Below, in pieces: positions 40,264 through 50,033 of a stretch of 50,033 bases of DNA. Within the stretch, counting starts at the first letter, position 1. Each line of letters opens with the position of its first letter. Source of the DNA: Deltaproteobacteria bacterium (GTDB lineage Bacteria > SAR324 > NAC60-12); assembly GCA_038150265.1 (NCBI GenBank), contig JAYOTF010000025.1, positions 1-50,033 on the forward strand, given 5' to 3'. The notes under the pieces were generated by a model. That model ran no database searches. It saw only the letters and a list, made by a program, of their open reading frames with translations, and had not been told where the DNA came from. A program made the position numbers and the translations under genes.

Positions 40264-40561
40264 GAGGTAAACTCAACCAGACTACCGGACCTTCAGCGTC
40301 AGGAGCAATCTTAACTCGTTCGGCTCCGCCAACGGCGGCGTCTTTTTGGCAACTGCTTGCCGAGACCGCCTTTCGGCCGGCAAACGGCTCGGCTCACGGT
40401 TCCGGAATTCCTTCCAGATGAGCCGAATTCCCCTCGGATTCGTAACAAGTTCGCAGCATTTTTTAGCTTAATCCCTGATAAGGGCTGTGTTAAGGTGATC
40501 TGCTCAATAAAAAAACCACCTGAAGAGGGTGGATTTCTGCAAAACTTTCGGACTGAACCTT

Positions 40562-42400
40562 ATGAAGGGATTCAAAAGCGAGAACCTGCTGATCATCCTC
40601 AGCGTGCTGGTGCTCTCCTTGTTCCTGGTGAACATGTTCAATGGCTCGTCAGGCGGCCAGCGCATGAACGAGATCATTTACAGTGACTTCCGCAACTCGG
40701 TCCTCTCCGGAGAGGTCATCAACGCCCAGATGATTGGGGAGTCCCGCATTGAAGGCGTCCTGGCCGACGGCAACCCCTACCGCACCTATGTGCCTCCGGA
40801 GCACCCCGGCGTTGTGGACATGCTCCGGCAAAATGGCGTGCAGTTCAACTACATGCCCGAGCCCGGATTGCCCTGGTACCTGAGCCTCTTCATTCACTGG
40901 GGGCCGTTTTTGCTGATCTTCGGCATCTGGATCCTCCTCATGCGCCGCATGCAGGGCTCCGGAGGCGCCGGGAAGATGTTTTCGCTCGGGCGCAACCGGG
41001 CCAACAAGATTGAGCCCGATCAGCTGCAGATCACCTTTGAAAACGTCGCCGGCGTTCAAGAAGCCAAGGAAGAGCTTTACGAGACCATCGAGTTCCTCCG
41101 CGATCCAGCCAAGTTCCGCAAGCTCGGAGGCCGCATTCCCAAGGGGATGCTCATGTCCGGATCTCCCGGAACCGGCAAGACGCTGCTGGCCAAGGCCGTT
41201 GCCGGAGAAGCCGGGGTGCCGTTCTTCAGCATGAGCGGCTCCGATTTTGTGGAAATGTTTGTGGGCGTCGGCGCCAGCCGCGTCCGGGACCTCTTTGAGG
41301 AAGCCCGGCGCAACGCTCCGTGCATCATCTTCATTGACGAGATTGACGCCGTGGGCCGAAGCCGTGGCGCCGGACTCGGCAGCGGAAACGACGAGCGGGA
41401 GCAGACCCTCAACCAGCTCCTCGTGGAGATGGACGGCTTTGACGCGACCGAAGGCATCATCGTGATTGCCGCCACCAACCGTCCGGACGTGCTGGACCCT
41501 GCCCTCATGCGTCCCGGACGCTTCGACCGCCAGGTTCATGTTCCGCTTCCCGATGTCCGGGGACGGGAGGAGATCCTGAAGATCCATGCCTCGAAGGTCC
41601 AGATGGCTGACGGCGTTGACCTCTCGGTTGTGGCCAAAGGCACTCCCGGCTTTTCCGGGGCCGACCTGAAGAACCTCGTCAATGAAGCGGCCCTGGGCGC
41701 CGCCCGGCACAACAAGACCTCCCTCGCCCTGACGGACTTCGAGTGGGCCCGCGACAAGGTCCTCATGGGACCTGAGCGGCGCTCCATGGTCATGAATGAG
41801 AAGGAGAAGAAGACCACCGCCTACCATGAAGCCGGACACGCCATGGTCTCGGCGTTGCTGCCCAACACGGACCCGGTCCACAAGGTCACCATTGTGCCCC
41901 GTGGACGCGCGATGGGGGTGACGTCGTACCTGCCGGAAAACGACAACCGCAGCTACGACCGCGAGTACTTGAGCCACCGCATTGCCACCGCCATGGGTGG
42001 ACGGGCTGCCGAGGAGATCATCTTCAATGAAATCACCACCGGCGCCAGCAACGACATCCAGCAGGCCACCGACATGGCCCGGAACATGATCATGCGCTGG
42101 GGAATGAGCGACAGCTTCGGACCGATTGTGCTGGGAAGCGACGAGTCTCACGACATCATGGGACGGGACATGCGCATGGACCGCGAGTACAGCGACGAAA
42201 CCGCCACCGAGATCGATCGGGAGATCCGGGAGCTCGTGCAACGGCACTACGACTTGGCCAAGCAACTGCTGCAGGACCACATTGAGGTCCTCCACCAGGT
42301 GGCGCAGACGCTTCTTGAGGAAGAGATCATTGATGGCGCTCGTATTGATGAGATGCTCAAGCAGGCCTCGTCTTCCCCAGCGTTGCAGCCGGAAGGTTAA
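40562..42400 (+). CDS. ftsH: ATP-dependent zinc metalloprotease FtsH
   Basis: Two TMs, [44 protein letters not shown] at 40562. Confidence 0.98.
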   Translation: MKGFKSENLLIILSVLVLSLFLVNMFNGSSGGQRMNEIIYSDFRNSVLSGEVINAQMIGESRIEGVLADGNPYRTYVPPEHPGVVDMLRQNGVQFNYMPEPGLPWYLSLFIHWGPFLLIFGIWILLMRRMQGSGGAGKMFSLGRNRANKIEPDQLQITFENVAGVQEAKEELYETIEFLRDPAKFRKLGGRIPKGMLMSGSPGTGKTLLAKAVAGEAGVPFFSMSGSDFVEMFVGVGASRVRDLFEEARRNAPCIIFIDEIDAVGRSRGAGLGSGNDEREQTLNQLLVEMDGFDATEGIIVIAATNRPDVLDPALMRPGRFDRQVHVPLPDVRGREEILKIHASKVQMADGVDLSVVAKGTPGFSGADLKNLVNEAALGAARHNKTSLALTDFEWARDKVLMGPERRSMVMNEKEKKTTAYHEAGHAMVSALLPNTDPVHKVTIVPRGRAMGVTSYLPENDNRSYDREYLSHRIATAMGGRAAEEIIFNEITTGASNDIQQATDMARNMIMRWGMSDSFGPIVLGSDESHDIMGRDMRMDREYSDETATEIDREIRELVQRHYDLAKQLLQDHIEVLHQVAQTLLEEEIIDGARIDEMLKQASSSPALQPEG

Positions 42401-43275
42401 TGAGCGCTCCCAAACCCTTCGCGTTTCACTTGATGACGCTGCTCCCCCGCAAGGAGTTCACACGCCTGTGCGGGTGGGTGGCTGACCTGCCGCTCCCCGG
42501 GATCCTCCTCCAGCCTCTGATCCGGACCTTCGCCTGGGCCTTTGGGGTGGACTGGTCAGAAGCCGCTTACCCGCCGAGCGCGTATCACAGCTTCAACGAG
42601 TTCTTCACCCGTCCCCTCAAGCCCGGAATCCGTCCCCTCGCCGCAGGCGCCAACACCCTGATCTCTCCGGTCGATGGCACCATTGGGCAGTTTGGCTCCA
42701 TTACGGAAGGGCGCCTCATTCAGGCCAAGGGCATCGACTACTCCCTGGCAGCGCTGCTGGATGACCCCGACCGCGCCCAGCAGTATGAAGGCGGAGAATT
42801 CCTCACCATCTACCTCGCGCCCCACAACTACCACCGCATCCACACCATGGTCGATGGGACCGTCCGGCACTTCTCCTACATTCCGGGAGACCTCTGGACC
42901 GTCAGCCCCCTCGGGGTGGAGCACGTCGACGGCCTCTTTGCCGTCAATGAGCGCCTGACCTCTTACCTGGAAACCAGTGCCGGAGAATGCGCCCTGGTCA
43001 AAGTCGGCGCAACGGTTGTCGGACGCATCAGAGTGCGATATGATAGCGCGATTTCAAATCAGCGTGGCGCTGTTGTCCGCCATGCGACCCTGAAAACTCC
43101 GCTTTCCGTCACCCGCGGAGAGGAACTCGGACAGTTTGAACTGGGCTCAACCGTGATCCTGCTCTTCCAGAAGGGGCAGGTGCGCTGGGGAGACCTGCAC
43201 GTGGGGACGCCCGTCCGGCTTGGAGAAGCCCTGGGGCACTTCAATTACAGTTACACGAAGGCAAGCAATGATTGA
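42400..43275 (+). CDS. psd: Phosphatidylserine decarboxylase proenzyme
   Basis: FN.FFTR.LK, SPVDG, YL.P..YHR.H, NER, VGAT.VG and LGST cleavage motif. Confidence 0.95.
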   Translation: MSAPKPFAFHLMTLLPRKEFTRLCGWVADLPLPGILLQPLIRTFAWAFGVDWSEAAYPPSAYHSFNEFFTRPLKPGIRPLAAGANTLISPVDGTIGQFGSITEGRLIQAKGIDYSLAALLDDPDRAQQYEGGEFLTIYLAPHNYHRIHTMVDGTVRHFSYIPGDLWTVSPLGVEHVDGLFAVNERLTSYLETSAGECALVKVGATVVGRIRVRYDSAISNQRGAVVRHATLKTPLSVTRGEELGQFELGSTVILLFQKGQVRWGDLHVGTPVRLGEALGHFNYSYTKASND

Positions 43276-44053
43276 TTTTTCCGGAAAACGCGGGCTCATC
43301 GTTGGGGTGGGCAACCAGCGCAGCATCGCCTGGGCCATCGCAGAGCAACTCCATGAACTGGGGGCCGAGCTGGGCCTGACTTACCTCCGGGATCCCAAAG
43401 GGCGCTTTGAGGCCAACGTCCGGAAGCTGGGAGACCAGGTGAACGCGTCTCTGATTCACGAATGTGACGTTTCCAGTGACGAATCCATTGCTCAGTTGAT
43501 GGAGCAGCTCCACAGCCAGTGGAGCGACGGCGCCGATTTCCTCGTCCACAGCGTCGCTTATGCCGACCATGAGGACCTGAGCAAGCCCTTCTCCGAGACC
43601 AACCGGGAAGGCTTCCGCAAGGCCCAGGAGATCAGTGCCTACTCGTTGCTGCCCCTCACCGACGGGATGCTGCCCCTGATGCGCAAGCGGGGTTCCGGAA
43701 GCGTCGTGAGCGTCAGCTTCATTGGCTCCACCCTCGCGGTTCCCAACTACAACGTCATGGGCACCGCCAAGGCGTCGCTGGAAGCGTCCACTCGCTACCT
43801 GGCGCGTCAGCTCGGTCCAGAAAACATCCGGGTCAACACCATCTCGCCGGGGGCCATCCGGACCCTTGCGGCTTCAGGCATCAAGAACTTCTCCGAGATG
43901 CTCCGGGTTGCGGGTGAGCACTCCGCCATGCTCCGGACCGTCACGCAGCAAGAGGTTGCCAAGAGCACGGCCTTCCTGCTCAGCGATGCCGCTTCGTCCA
44001 TCACCGGACAGTTGCTCTTTGCCGACTGCGGTTACTCCATCATGGCCAACTAG
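43268..44053 (+). CDS. fabI: Enoyl-ACP reductase FabI
   Basis: G..N.RSIAW.IA, CDV, ISAYS, PNYNVMG.AKA.LE, RVN.ISPG.IRTLAASGI. Confidence 0.93.
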   Translation: MIDFSGKRGLIVGVGNQRSIAWAIAEQLHELGAELGLTYLRDPKGRFEANVRKLGDQVNASLIHECDVSSDESIAQLMEQLHSQWSDGADFLVHSVAYADHEDLSKPFSETNREGFRKAQEISAYSLLPLTDGMLPLMRKRGSGSVVSVSFIGSTLAVPNYNVMGTAKASLEASTRYLARQLGPENIRVNTISPGAIRTLAASGIKNFSEMLRVAGEHSAMLRTVTQQEVAKSTAFLLSDAASSITGQLLFADCGYSIMAN

Positions 44054-44772
44054 GCCCCGCCTTCCTTCCGGAACCTCTGGAGAAACGGAGGTTCCCACGC
44101 TTCAAGGTTTCCGTACAGCAGCATGTGCTGGCGCTCAGACGCCGCAAGCGCCTGGTCGGCTTCGGCCAGCTCATGAGCGCGGCGGTGTAGCTTGTCGAGG
44201 TCCTTCTTGAGGAGGCGCTGAGAGTCTTCAGAGAGGGTCAGGGGCAGGCAAAGCGCTGGCGCCTCCGGACGAGGCAACGCCTCCTGGGTGCAGAGTTCCC
44301 AAAGCGGGCTTCCGGGGGCAATGAGGGCCTGACGGGAGACCCGCATCCGAAGGCGGTTTCCCGGGTACAGTTCCACAACCTCCAGACGGTCCAGCTCCAG
44401 CAGCAACGCGTTCACTTCCGCCAACGTGAGGGCATACTGCTGAGTGATCTCATCCGGACTCCACCCCGTCACCACCAGGTAGGCCACCAGCAAGAGACGG
44501 GGCTGCTTCAGCAGAGCATGGTGCTGCTCCTCGGTGAGTTCCTGACTCATCGTCCGCTCGTGCCGATGGGTCATTTTCGCCAGCTCATAGAAGTCGAGAT
44601 CAAGCACCTTGAGGATGCGTTCGAGGCGTTTGAGGGACAAACTTTCTTCCGAAAAGAGTCGCTTGATGCTGGACTCACTGAGCTTGAGCCGCTGGGCAAG
44701 GCTCCGGTAGGTGATGCCTTGCACCTTCAGGTAGAACTTCAGGGCATCCAAGAGACGGGCGGTCTGTGTCAT
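44050..44772 (-). CDS. XRE/Cro-type HTH transcriptional regulator
   Basis: LK..LK.QGITY..LA..L.LSESSIKRLFS N-terminal HTH plus a second winged-helix-like segment. Confidence 0.85.
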   Translation of the reverse strand: MTQTARLLDALKFYLKVQGITYRSLAQRLKLSESSIKRLFSEESLSLKRLERILKVLDLDFYELAKMTHRHERTMSQELTEEQHHALLKQPRLLLVAYLVVTGWSPDEITQQYALTLAEVNALLLELDRLEVVELYPGNRLRMRVSRQALIAPGSPLWELCTQEALPRPEAPALCLPLTLSEDSQRLLKKDLDKLHRRAHELAEADQALAASERQHMLLYGNLEAWEPPFLQRFRKEGGA

Positions 44773-44934
44773 GGTACTGAAAGGCTCAAAAAGTGCTACT
44801 TCGGAATTTTGGCTTTAACCGGGAAGAGCCCCGGTTATGATACGCTGTTCAGCATAATTCCGAGGGAAGACGTTGCAATGTTTTTTGGCGACAGCGTCGG
44901 AAGTCCCTCCGGAGCAATTGATGAAAAGGGGAGA

Positions 44935-46215
44935 ATGACCAAGAAAGTTGATGATTTCCGTCTGAATTTAAGAGGAAAAGAATACGTGCCCATCATCACC
45001 GGAGGCATGGGCGTGGACATTTCCTCAGCTGCTCTTGCGCTGGAAGCAGCGCGACTTGGGGGCATCGGTCACATCTCAGATGCCATGGTGCCCACGGTAT
45101 CGGACCGGCGTTACAACACGCATTTTGTCCAGGACAAGTACAAGACCTTCAAGGCCAATGCGGACAGCTCAGACAAGGCCGAGGTGCAGTTCGACTTGGA
45201 GCAGCTTGCAGAAGCGCAGCGCCTGCATGTGGAGAACACGATGACTGCCCACAAAGGCAGTGGAGCGATCTTCGTGAACTGCATGGAGAAGCTGACGATG
45301 AACAACACCCGGGACACCCTGCGGGTCCGGCTGCGTGCCGCCATGGACGCAGGCATCGACGGCATCACCCTCAGCGCAGGGCTGCACCTCAACTCCTTTG
45401 AGCTGATGGCAGATCATCCTCGTTTTCATGATACCCTCCTCGGCATCATTGTCTCCTCCGTCCGGGCGCTCAAGCCCTTCCTCAAGCGTGGGGCTCGGGT
45501 GAACCGGCTTCCGGACTTCATTGTGGTCGAAGGTCCCCTTGCGGGAGGACACCTGGGCTTCGGCATGGACTGGGCCGAGTACGACCTCAGGACCATCACT
45601 GAAGACGTCCTTGCGTTTGTCAAGGAGAACGAACTCAACATCCCGGTGATTCCAGCCGGAGGCATCTTCACCGGAACCGACGCGGTGGAGTACCTGGAAA
45701 TGGGAGCCGATGCCGTTCAGGTGGCCACCCGCTTCACGGTGACCCACGAGTGCGGCCTCCCGGACAGCGCCAAGCAGCAGTACCTGAAGGCCGAGGAACA
45801 GGACATTGTCGTCAATACCATCTCGCCAACGGGCTACCCGATGCGGATGCTCAAGAACTCCCCCGGCATCGGCTCTGGAATCAAGCCCAACTGCGAGGCC
45901 TTCGGGTACATCCTCGACAAGGGTGGCAAGTGTGCCTACGTGGAAGCCTACCACCGTGAGCTTGCCAACAGCGACGGCGGCAAGATTTCCGTTCAGGACA
46001 AGACCTGCCTCTGTACCCACATGCGCAAGTTCAAGATCTGGACGTGTGGGCACTACACCTACCGCCTGAAGGACACCACGCACCAGCTCTCCAACGGCTC
46101 CTACCAGTTGCTGTCGGCCGAGCATGTCTTCCAGGACTACCAGTTCAGCACGGATCATCAGATCAAGCTTCCGGAACAGGAAGCCTCTGAAGACTACCTC
46201 CTCGAAGTCGCCTAA
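44935..46215 (+). CDS. Nitronate monooxygenase/FabK-superfamily flavoprotein (FabX/UfaA-like)
   Basis: GGMGV.IS, VEGPLAGGHLG, IPAGGIF, VQVATRF....EC, SPTGYP.R and C-terminal Cys residues; alternative ATG at 44878. Confidence 0.85.
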   Translation: MTKKVDDFRLNLRGKEYVPIITGGMGVDISSAALALEAARLGGIGHISDAMVPTVSDRRYNTHFVQDKYKTFKANADSSDKAEVQFDLEQLAEAQRLHVENTMTAHKGSGAIFVNCMEKLTMNNTRDTLRVRLRAAMDAGIDGITLSAGLHLNSFELMADHPRFHDTLLGIIVSSVRALKPFLKRGARVNRLPDFIVVEGPLAGGHLGFGMDWAEYDLRTITEDVLAFVKENELNIPVIPAGGIFTGTDAVEYLEMGADAVQVATRFTVTHECGLPDSAKQQYLKAEEQDIVVNTISPTGYPMRMLKNSPGIGSGIKPNCEAFGYILDKGGKCAYVEAYHRELANSDGGKISVQDKTCLCTHMRKFKIWTCGHYTYRLKDTTHQLSNGSYQLLSAEHVFQDYQFSTDHQIKLPEQEASEDYLLEVA

Positions 46216-46228
46216 GGCGTTTTCAGCT

Positions 46229-46254
46229 GATCCCGGAGGCCTTCCTCCGGGATC
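46229..46254. terminator. Hairpin between convergent genes (probable terminator)
   Basis: Perfect 11-bp stem GATCCCGGAGG-CCTT-CCTCCGGGATC followed by a pyrimidine run. Confidence 0.7.
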
Positions 46255-46275
46255 TCCTTCCTTTCGATTCCCTGT

Positions 46276-46491
46276 TTACAGATACGTTTCATAAGCGCGT
46301 GGATCCGTCCCCGGTGAGGCAGGGAGCGAATTCCGCTGTTCCATGCGGTCCAGCTCCAGCATCTGTTCTGGAGCCTGCGGCAACCGGGGGGCCTGCCAAC
46401 CGTTTCCACTGAAGTACACCACACTGAGCACCAGCACCACCAAGACCACCAGCATGGCCTTGCGCTCCTTCGGGTCAAAGTCGTTCAGCAT
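46276..46491 (-). CDS. Small single-TM protein
   Basis: 71 aa with a hydrophobic helix (MLVVLVVLVLSVVYF), directly after hemN. Confidence 0.55.
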   Translation of the reverse strand: MLNDFDPKERKAMLVVLVVLVLSVVYFSGNGWQAPRLPQAPEQMLELDRMEQRNSLPASPGTDPRAYETYL

Positions 46492-46509
46492 GTCAAGTCC
46501 CCGCTTTGG

Positions 46510-47898
46510 TTACACGGTCTGGGAATAGCGCGGCCCTTCGGACTCAGACGGGTCCTTGAGGTAGCGGTCAAACGCCATGGCCACATTGCGGACAAAGAGC
46601 CGCCCCAGCGAGGTCAGTTGCAGCTGGGTGGCTTCTCGGGTGAGCAACTCCTCAGCTTCCAGGTTGGAAACCGCCGGTTCCACTTCTGCCAGCAGGTCGG
46701 TAAAGCGCGCCCCATGCCGGGTTTCCAGATCCGGATAGTTCAGGAAGCCCTGGCACATCAGCTCCTCAATGACCTCACGGCGCATCTGGTCGTCAGCATC
46801 CAGCTGCATGCCCCGACGGGGCTCCAGGCGTCCGGCCTCAATCGTCTCCATGTAGTCGTGCAGGTCCTTCGGGTTCTGCCAGAAGCTATCCCCAAAGTCG
46901 GAAATCGCAGACACCCCCAGGCCGATCTGGGCCATGCCGTGCAGGGTGGTGTACCCCATGAAGTTCCGGTGCAGGGTCCGGTTCCGGCGAGCCTCGGCCA
47001 GGTCATCTTCCGGAAGGGCGTAGTGGTCCATGCCGATCATCTCGTAGCCGTCTTCCGTGAGGTGCCGAATGGTATCCAGGTACACCCCAATCTTCTCATC
47101 CGGATCCGGAAGGTCTTCTTTGCGGAGCGCACGCTCGTGAGCCTTGAACATCCACGGTAGGTGGGCAAAGCTGTAGATCGCCAGGCGGTCCGGGCGGAGC
47201 TTCGAGACTTCTTCCAGGGTCTTCCGGAAGCGCCGGCGGTTCTGGAGCGGCAAGCCGTACACCAGGTCGAGGTTGATGCTGGTGTAGCCCAGCTCCCGGG
47301 CGCTGTAGTAGGCGGTTCGGGTTTGCTCAAGCGTCTGGTAGCGGTTGATGGCCTGCTGGACGTCTTCATCAATGTCCTGCACCCCAAAGCTCATGCGCCG
47401 GAAGCCCAGCTCGTGGAGCGTCTCCAGCTGCTCCCGAGTCGTCACACGCGGGTGAACTTCAATCGCCCACTCCTCTCCTTCAGCCGGATCAAAGTGCTGG
47501 CGGAGGATGCCGGCCACCCGACGCAGTTGGTCCACATTGAGGTAGGTGGGGGTGCCTCCTCCCCAGTGCACCTGCGCCGCAACCTTCCGGGACCCCAGCC
47601 CCTTGGCCACCTGGGCCACTTCCCACTCCAGGGCATTCAGGTAGCGCTCCACCAGTTGCTGGTCGTTGGTGATGTAGCGGTTGCAGCCACAGAAGGTACA
47701 AAGCTTCTGGCAAAACGGCAGGTGGACGTACAGGGCCACCGCGCGGTCCTTTTCCCCTTCTCTGGCCAAACTTTCCTGAAACGGCTCCGTAAAGAGGCCG
47801 TCCTTCCAGTTCGGAACCGTGGGGTAGCTCGTGTAACGGGGTCCGGGCCGATTGTAGCGCTGGACCACCTCAGTGGTAATGGTCGGGGTTTCCGGCAT
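46510..47898 (-). CDS. hemN: Oxygen-independent coproporphyrinogen III oxidase
   Basis: GPRYTSYPT, YVHLPFC..LC.FCGC, WGGGTPT, HRNFMGYTT, GR.FVRN.AM.FD.Y; ATG at 47898 with SD GAAGGAG. Confidence 0.96.
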   Translation of the reverse strand: MPETPTITTEVVQRYNRPGPRYTSYPTVPNWKDGLFTEPFQESLAREGEKDRAVALYVHLPFCQKLCTFCGCNRYITNDQQLVERYLNALEWEVAQVAKGLGSRKVAAQVHWGGGTPTYLNVDQLRRVAGILRQHFDPAEGEEWAIEVHPRVTTREQLETLHELGFRRMSFGVQDIDEDVQQAINRYQTLEQTRTAYYSARELGYTSINLDLVYGLPLQNRRRFRKTLEEVSKLRPDRLAIYSFAHLPWMFKAHERALRKEDLPDPDEKIGVYLDTIRHLTEDGYEMIGMDHYALPEDDLAEARRNRTLHRNFMGYTTLHGMAQIGLGVSAISDFGDSFWQNPKDLHDYMETIEAGRLEPRRGMQLDADDQMRREVIEELMCQGFLNYPDLETRHGARFTDLLAEVEPAVSNLEAEELLTREATQLQLTSLGRLFVRNVAMAFDRYLKDPSESEGPRYSQTV

Positions 47899-47934
47899 AA
47901 CGTCTTCTCCTTCGTCACTCAAACAAATCATTCA

Positions 47935-49158
47935 TCAGGTCCCCAGCACGTAGCACACGCTTGTGGTCCCGCTTCCGCCCAAATTCAGCATCGCAAAGTT
48001 CCGGGCGCCTTCCACCTGATAGGCTCCCGCGTTTCCAGACACCTGCTTCCAGCAGTCGAGGAACATCCGGACGCCTGTTGCGCCCACCGGGTGCCCTCCT
48101 CCGATCAGGCCACCACTGGGGTTCATCGGAAGCGTGCCTCCGAAGGCAATCACGCCTTCCTCAATGGCCTTCCAGCTTTCTCCGGGAGCCGTGATGCCAA
48201 AGTGATCAATCGCCATGTATTCGGAGGTCGTGAAGCAGTCGTGCGTTTCCACACCGTCTACGGCAAACACATCCGGAAGCTCGGCTCGCCGGAAGGCATC
48301 TTCAATGGTCCGACGGACGTGCGGAAGGACATACGGCTGCCCCTGGCTTTCCTGAACCTTCGCATCAAAGAGCATGGGCCCGGTGCGCTGCCCCCATCCC
48401 TTGATGAAGGGAATCTGCTCAACCGACCGACCACGGGCCTGTGCATACTGATGGGCGTAACGCTCAGAGGCAAGGAAGACCACCGCCGCTCCATCCGTGA
48501 TCTGGGAACAGTCGCTTAGCCGAACGGGCCCTCCAATGACCGGATTGCTGTCCGACTCACTGGTGTCGAGGGTCTTTTCCGCGTACCAGGCTCGGGTTTG
48601 CGCCAGCGGATTCCGCTGGGCGTTGCCGTAGTTGATCCGAGAAATTTCGGCCAGGTGTTCGTACGAGAGCCCATACCGCGCCCGGTATTCGTCCCCAAGG
48701 CGCCCAAACAGCTTGGGGAAGGGAAACTCCACGCCTTCGGCTTCACGGCGGTACCACGCCGCTGTTCCCAAAAACTCCCCGCCCTCTCGAGGCGACACCG
48801 TCTTCATCTGCTCCACCCCCACCACACAGGCGAGGTCGTAGCGTCCGGACTCGATTTCTGCGGCGGCGGCCTGCAGGGCAATGCTTCCGGAAGCACAGGC
48901 CGCTTCATGCCGGGCAGTCGGAATGCCCACGAGGCGCGGATCCGCTTCCAGCACAAAGGCCCCCAGGTGCCCCTGCTTGCAATACAGCTCTCCGGCAAAG
49001 TTTCCCACATGGGCCACCTCCACCTCGGAAGGATCCAGTTGCGTCTGCTCCAGAGCCTGCTGAATGGACTCGGTGAAGAGGTCCACCAGCTCCTTGCCCT
49101 CCTTCTTCCAGTTGCGGCTGAAATCGGTCTGCTCACCTCCAAGCACATACACGCTCAT
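47935..49158 (-). CDS. SCP2-type thiolase (acetyl-CoA acetyltransferase)
   Basis: EAACASG, DCSQITDG, ETHDCF (HDCF marks the SCP2 type), GHPVGATG. Confidence 0.9.
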   Translation of the reverse strand: MSVYVLGGEQTDFSRNWKKEGKELVDLFTESIQQALEQTQLDPSEVEVAHVGNFAGELYCKQGHLGAFVLEADPRLVGIPTARHEAACASGSIALQAAAAEIESGRYDLACVVGVEQMKTVSPREGGEFLGTAAWYRREAEGVEFPFPKLFGRLGDEYRARYGLSYEHLAEISRINYGNAQRNPLAQTRAWYAEKTLDTSESDSNPVIGGPVRLSDCSQITDGAAVVFLASERYAHQYAQARGRSVEQIPFIKGWGQRTGPMLFDAKVQESQGQPYVLPHVRRTIEDAFRRAELPDVFAVDGVETHDCFTTSEYMAIDHFGITAPGESWKAIEEGVIAFGGTLPMNPSGGLIGGGHPVGATGVRMFLDCWKQVSGNAGAYQVEGARNFAMLNLGGSGTTSVCYVLGT

Positions 49159-49318
49159 CTGCTCTCCTTCTCAAAGTCGTGGGGATTCCCCTGGTCGGGT
49201 CAGGGCTCTTTCACTGTAACGGCTTTGATCGAACGCTCCAGCCGTTTTCTTCGTGAGCCTGCGCGTGGGGTGTGCTAGAGTTTCGATTGCACCCGAACCT
49301 CAACCCGACCTGAGACTC

Positions 49319-50033
49319 ATGAGTACCGGCTTTTTCACCAATCCCATCTACCTGGAACACGACACCGGCGAGCATCCGGAAAATGCCGGACGGCTCCGCT
49401 CCATTCAGTCCCGCCTGCAAGGATCGGGGCTGCTCGACCACCTGGAGCCTCGCTCCGGACGCAAGGCGGGCATTCATGAGGTCAACCTGCTCCACACCCG
49501 TCAGCACATCACTCAGGTCGAAGAAGCCTCGGCCACCGGTGTCAACACCCTGGGGTCGCCCGACTGCATCGTCTCCGATCACACCTACGAAGCGGCGCTT
49601 CATGCAGTAGGTGCAGCGCTGGACGCCGTGGAGGAAGTGGCCAGCCGTCGACTCGATAACGCCTTCTGTGCTGTTCGGCCTCCGGGGCACCACGCCGAAC
49701 AGGCGGAAGCAATGGGGTTCTGCTTCTTCAACAACATCGCCCTGGCCGCCGAGTTCCTGATCCGCGAAATGGGCTTTCAGCGCATCGCCATTGTCGATTT
49801 CGACGTCCACCACGGAAACGGCACCCAGCACCTCTTTGAAGAACGCAGCGACGTCTTCTTCATCAGCACCCACCAGCATCCCCGAACCTGCTACCCAGGC
49901 ACCGGATTCGACTCCGAACGGGGACGTGGGCTCGGCACCGGCTACACCCTCAACGTCCCACTCCTTCCCGGGACCCAGGATGAGGAGGAAGATGGCCGAG
50001 TGGTCGAGGATCTTGAAGATGTGCTTGGCCCGT
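49319..50033 (+). CDS. Histone deacetylase-family (Zn-dependent) amidohydrolase, 3'-incomplete
   Basis: Manual translation from ATG 49319: HPE...RL, RPPGHHA, GFCFFNN, DFDVHHGNGTQ, YPGTG, NVPL; similarity appears to stop near 49985. Confidence 0.93.
   Translation, partial: MSTGFFTNPIYLEHDTGEHPENAGRLRSIQSRLQGSGLLDHLEPRSGRKAGIHEVNLLHTRQHITQVEEASATGVNTLGSPDCIVSDHTYEAALHAVGAALDAVEEVASRRLDNAFCAVRPPGHHAEQAEAMGFCFFNNIALAAEFLIREMGFQRIAIVDFDVHHGNGTQHLFEERSDVFFISTHQHPRTCYPGTGFDSERGRGLGTGYTLNVPLLPGTQDEEEDGRVVEDLEDVLGP
49979..50032 (-). other. Fragment of a hemolysin III/PAQR-family membrane protein gene (probable chimeric join)
   Basis: Minus strand reads RAKHIFKILDHSAIFLLI, matching the family LDH..I.LLI motif, but the expected AGTYTP continuation is missing. 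Confidence 0.6.

Noticed and set aside
40320..40440. Riboswitch or ncRNA upstream of ftsH
   Set aside because: GC-rich hairpins are possible, but no recognisable family consensus; a covariance-model search would be needed.

Overview
A GC-rich, densely coding stretch of bacterial core chromosome. Gene content is compatible with a deltaproteobacteria-like lineage such as SAR324, but that is inference only. It carries about 44 protein genes and one tRNA-Cys(GCA). These include mreB, recO, rlmH, secA, a tail-less ftsZ, bpt/ate, moaC, ftsQ, murB, rsfS, dnaE, msrPQ, anmK-murQ-nagB plus a PfkB kinase, acetolactate synthase, ftsH-psd-fabI, hemN, an SCP2-type thiolase and a histone-deacetylase-family gene. 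No CRISPR array, integrase or transposase was seen. The AT-rich left edge looks like the start of a polysaccharide-export island. The main observations are: (1) the palindrome TCCGGA is roughly 10-fold or more over-represented by hand count, like cyanobacterial HIP1, yet absent from the first 2.8 kb; (2) a single-chain biotin-dependent carboxylase has the order CTalpha-linker-CTbeta-BC-BCCP; (3) a soluble response regulator has an output domain resembling the ChiS-family DNA-binding domain; (4) the glutathione synthetase is of the eukaryote type; (5) FtsZ lacks the C-terminal linker and anchor peptide; (6) DnaE carries a ~70-aa non-intein insertion; (7) a perfect LacI-type operator sits before nagB; (8) the last ~55 bases look like a chimeric junction. 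All protein assignments come from motif recognition by eye, not database searches.
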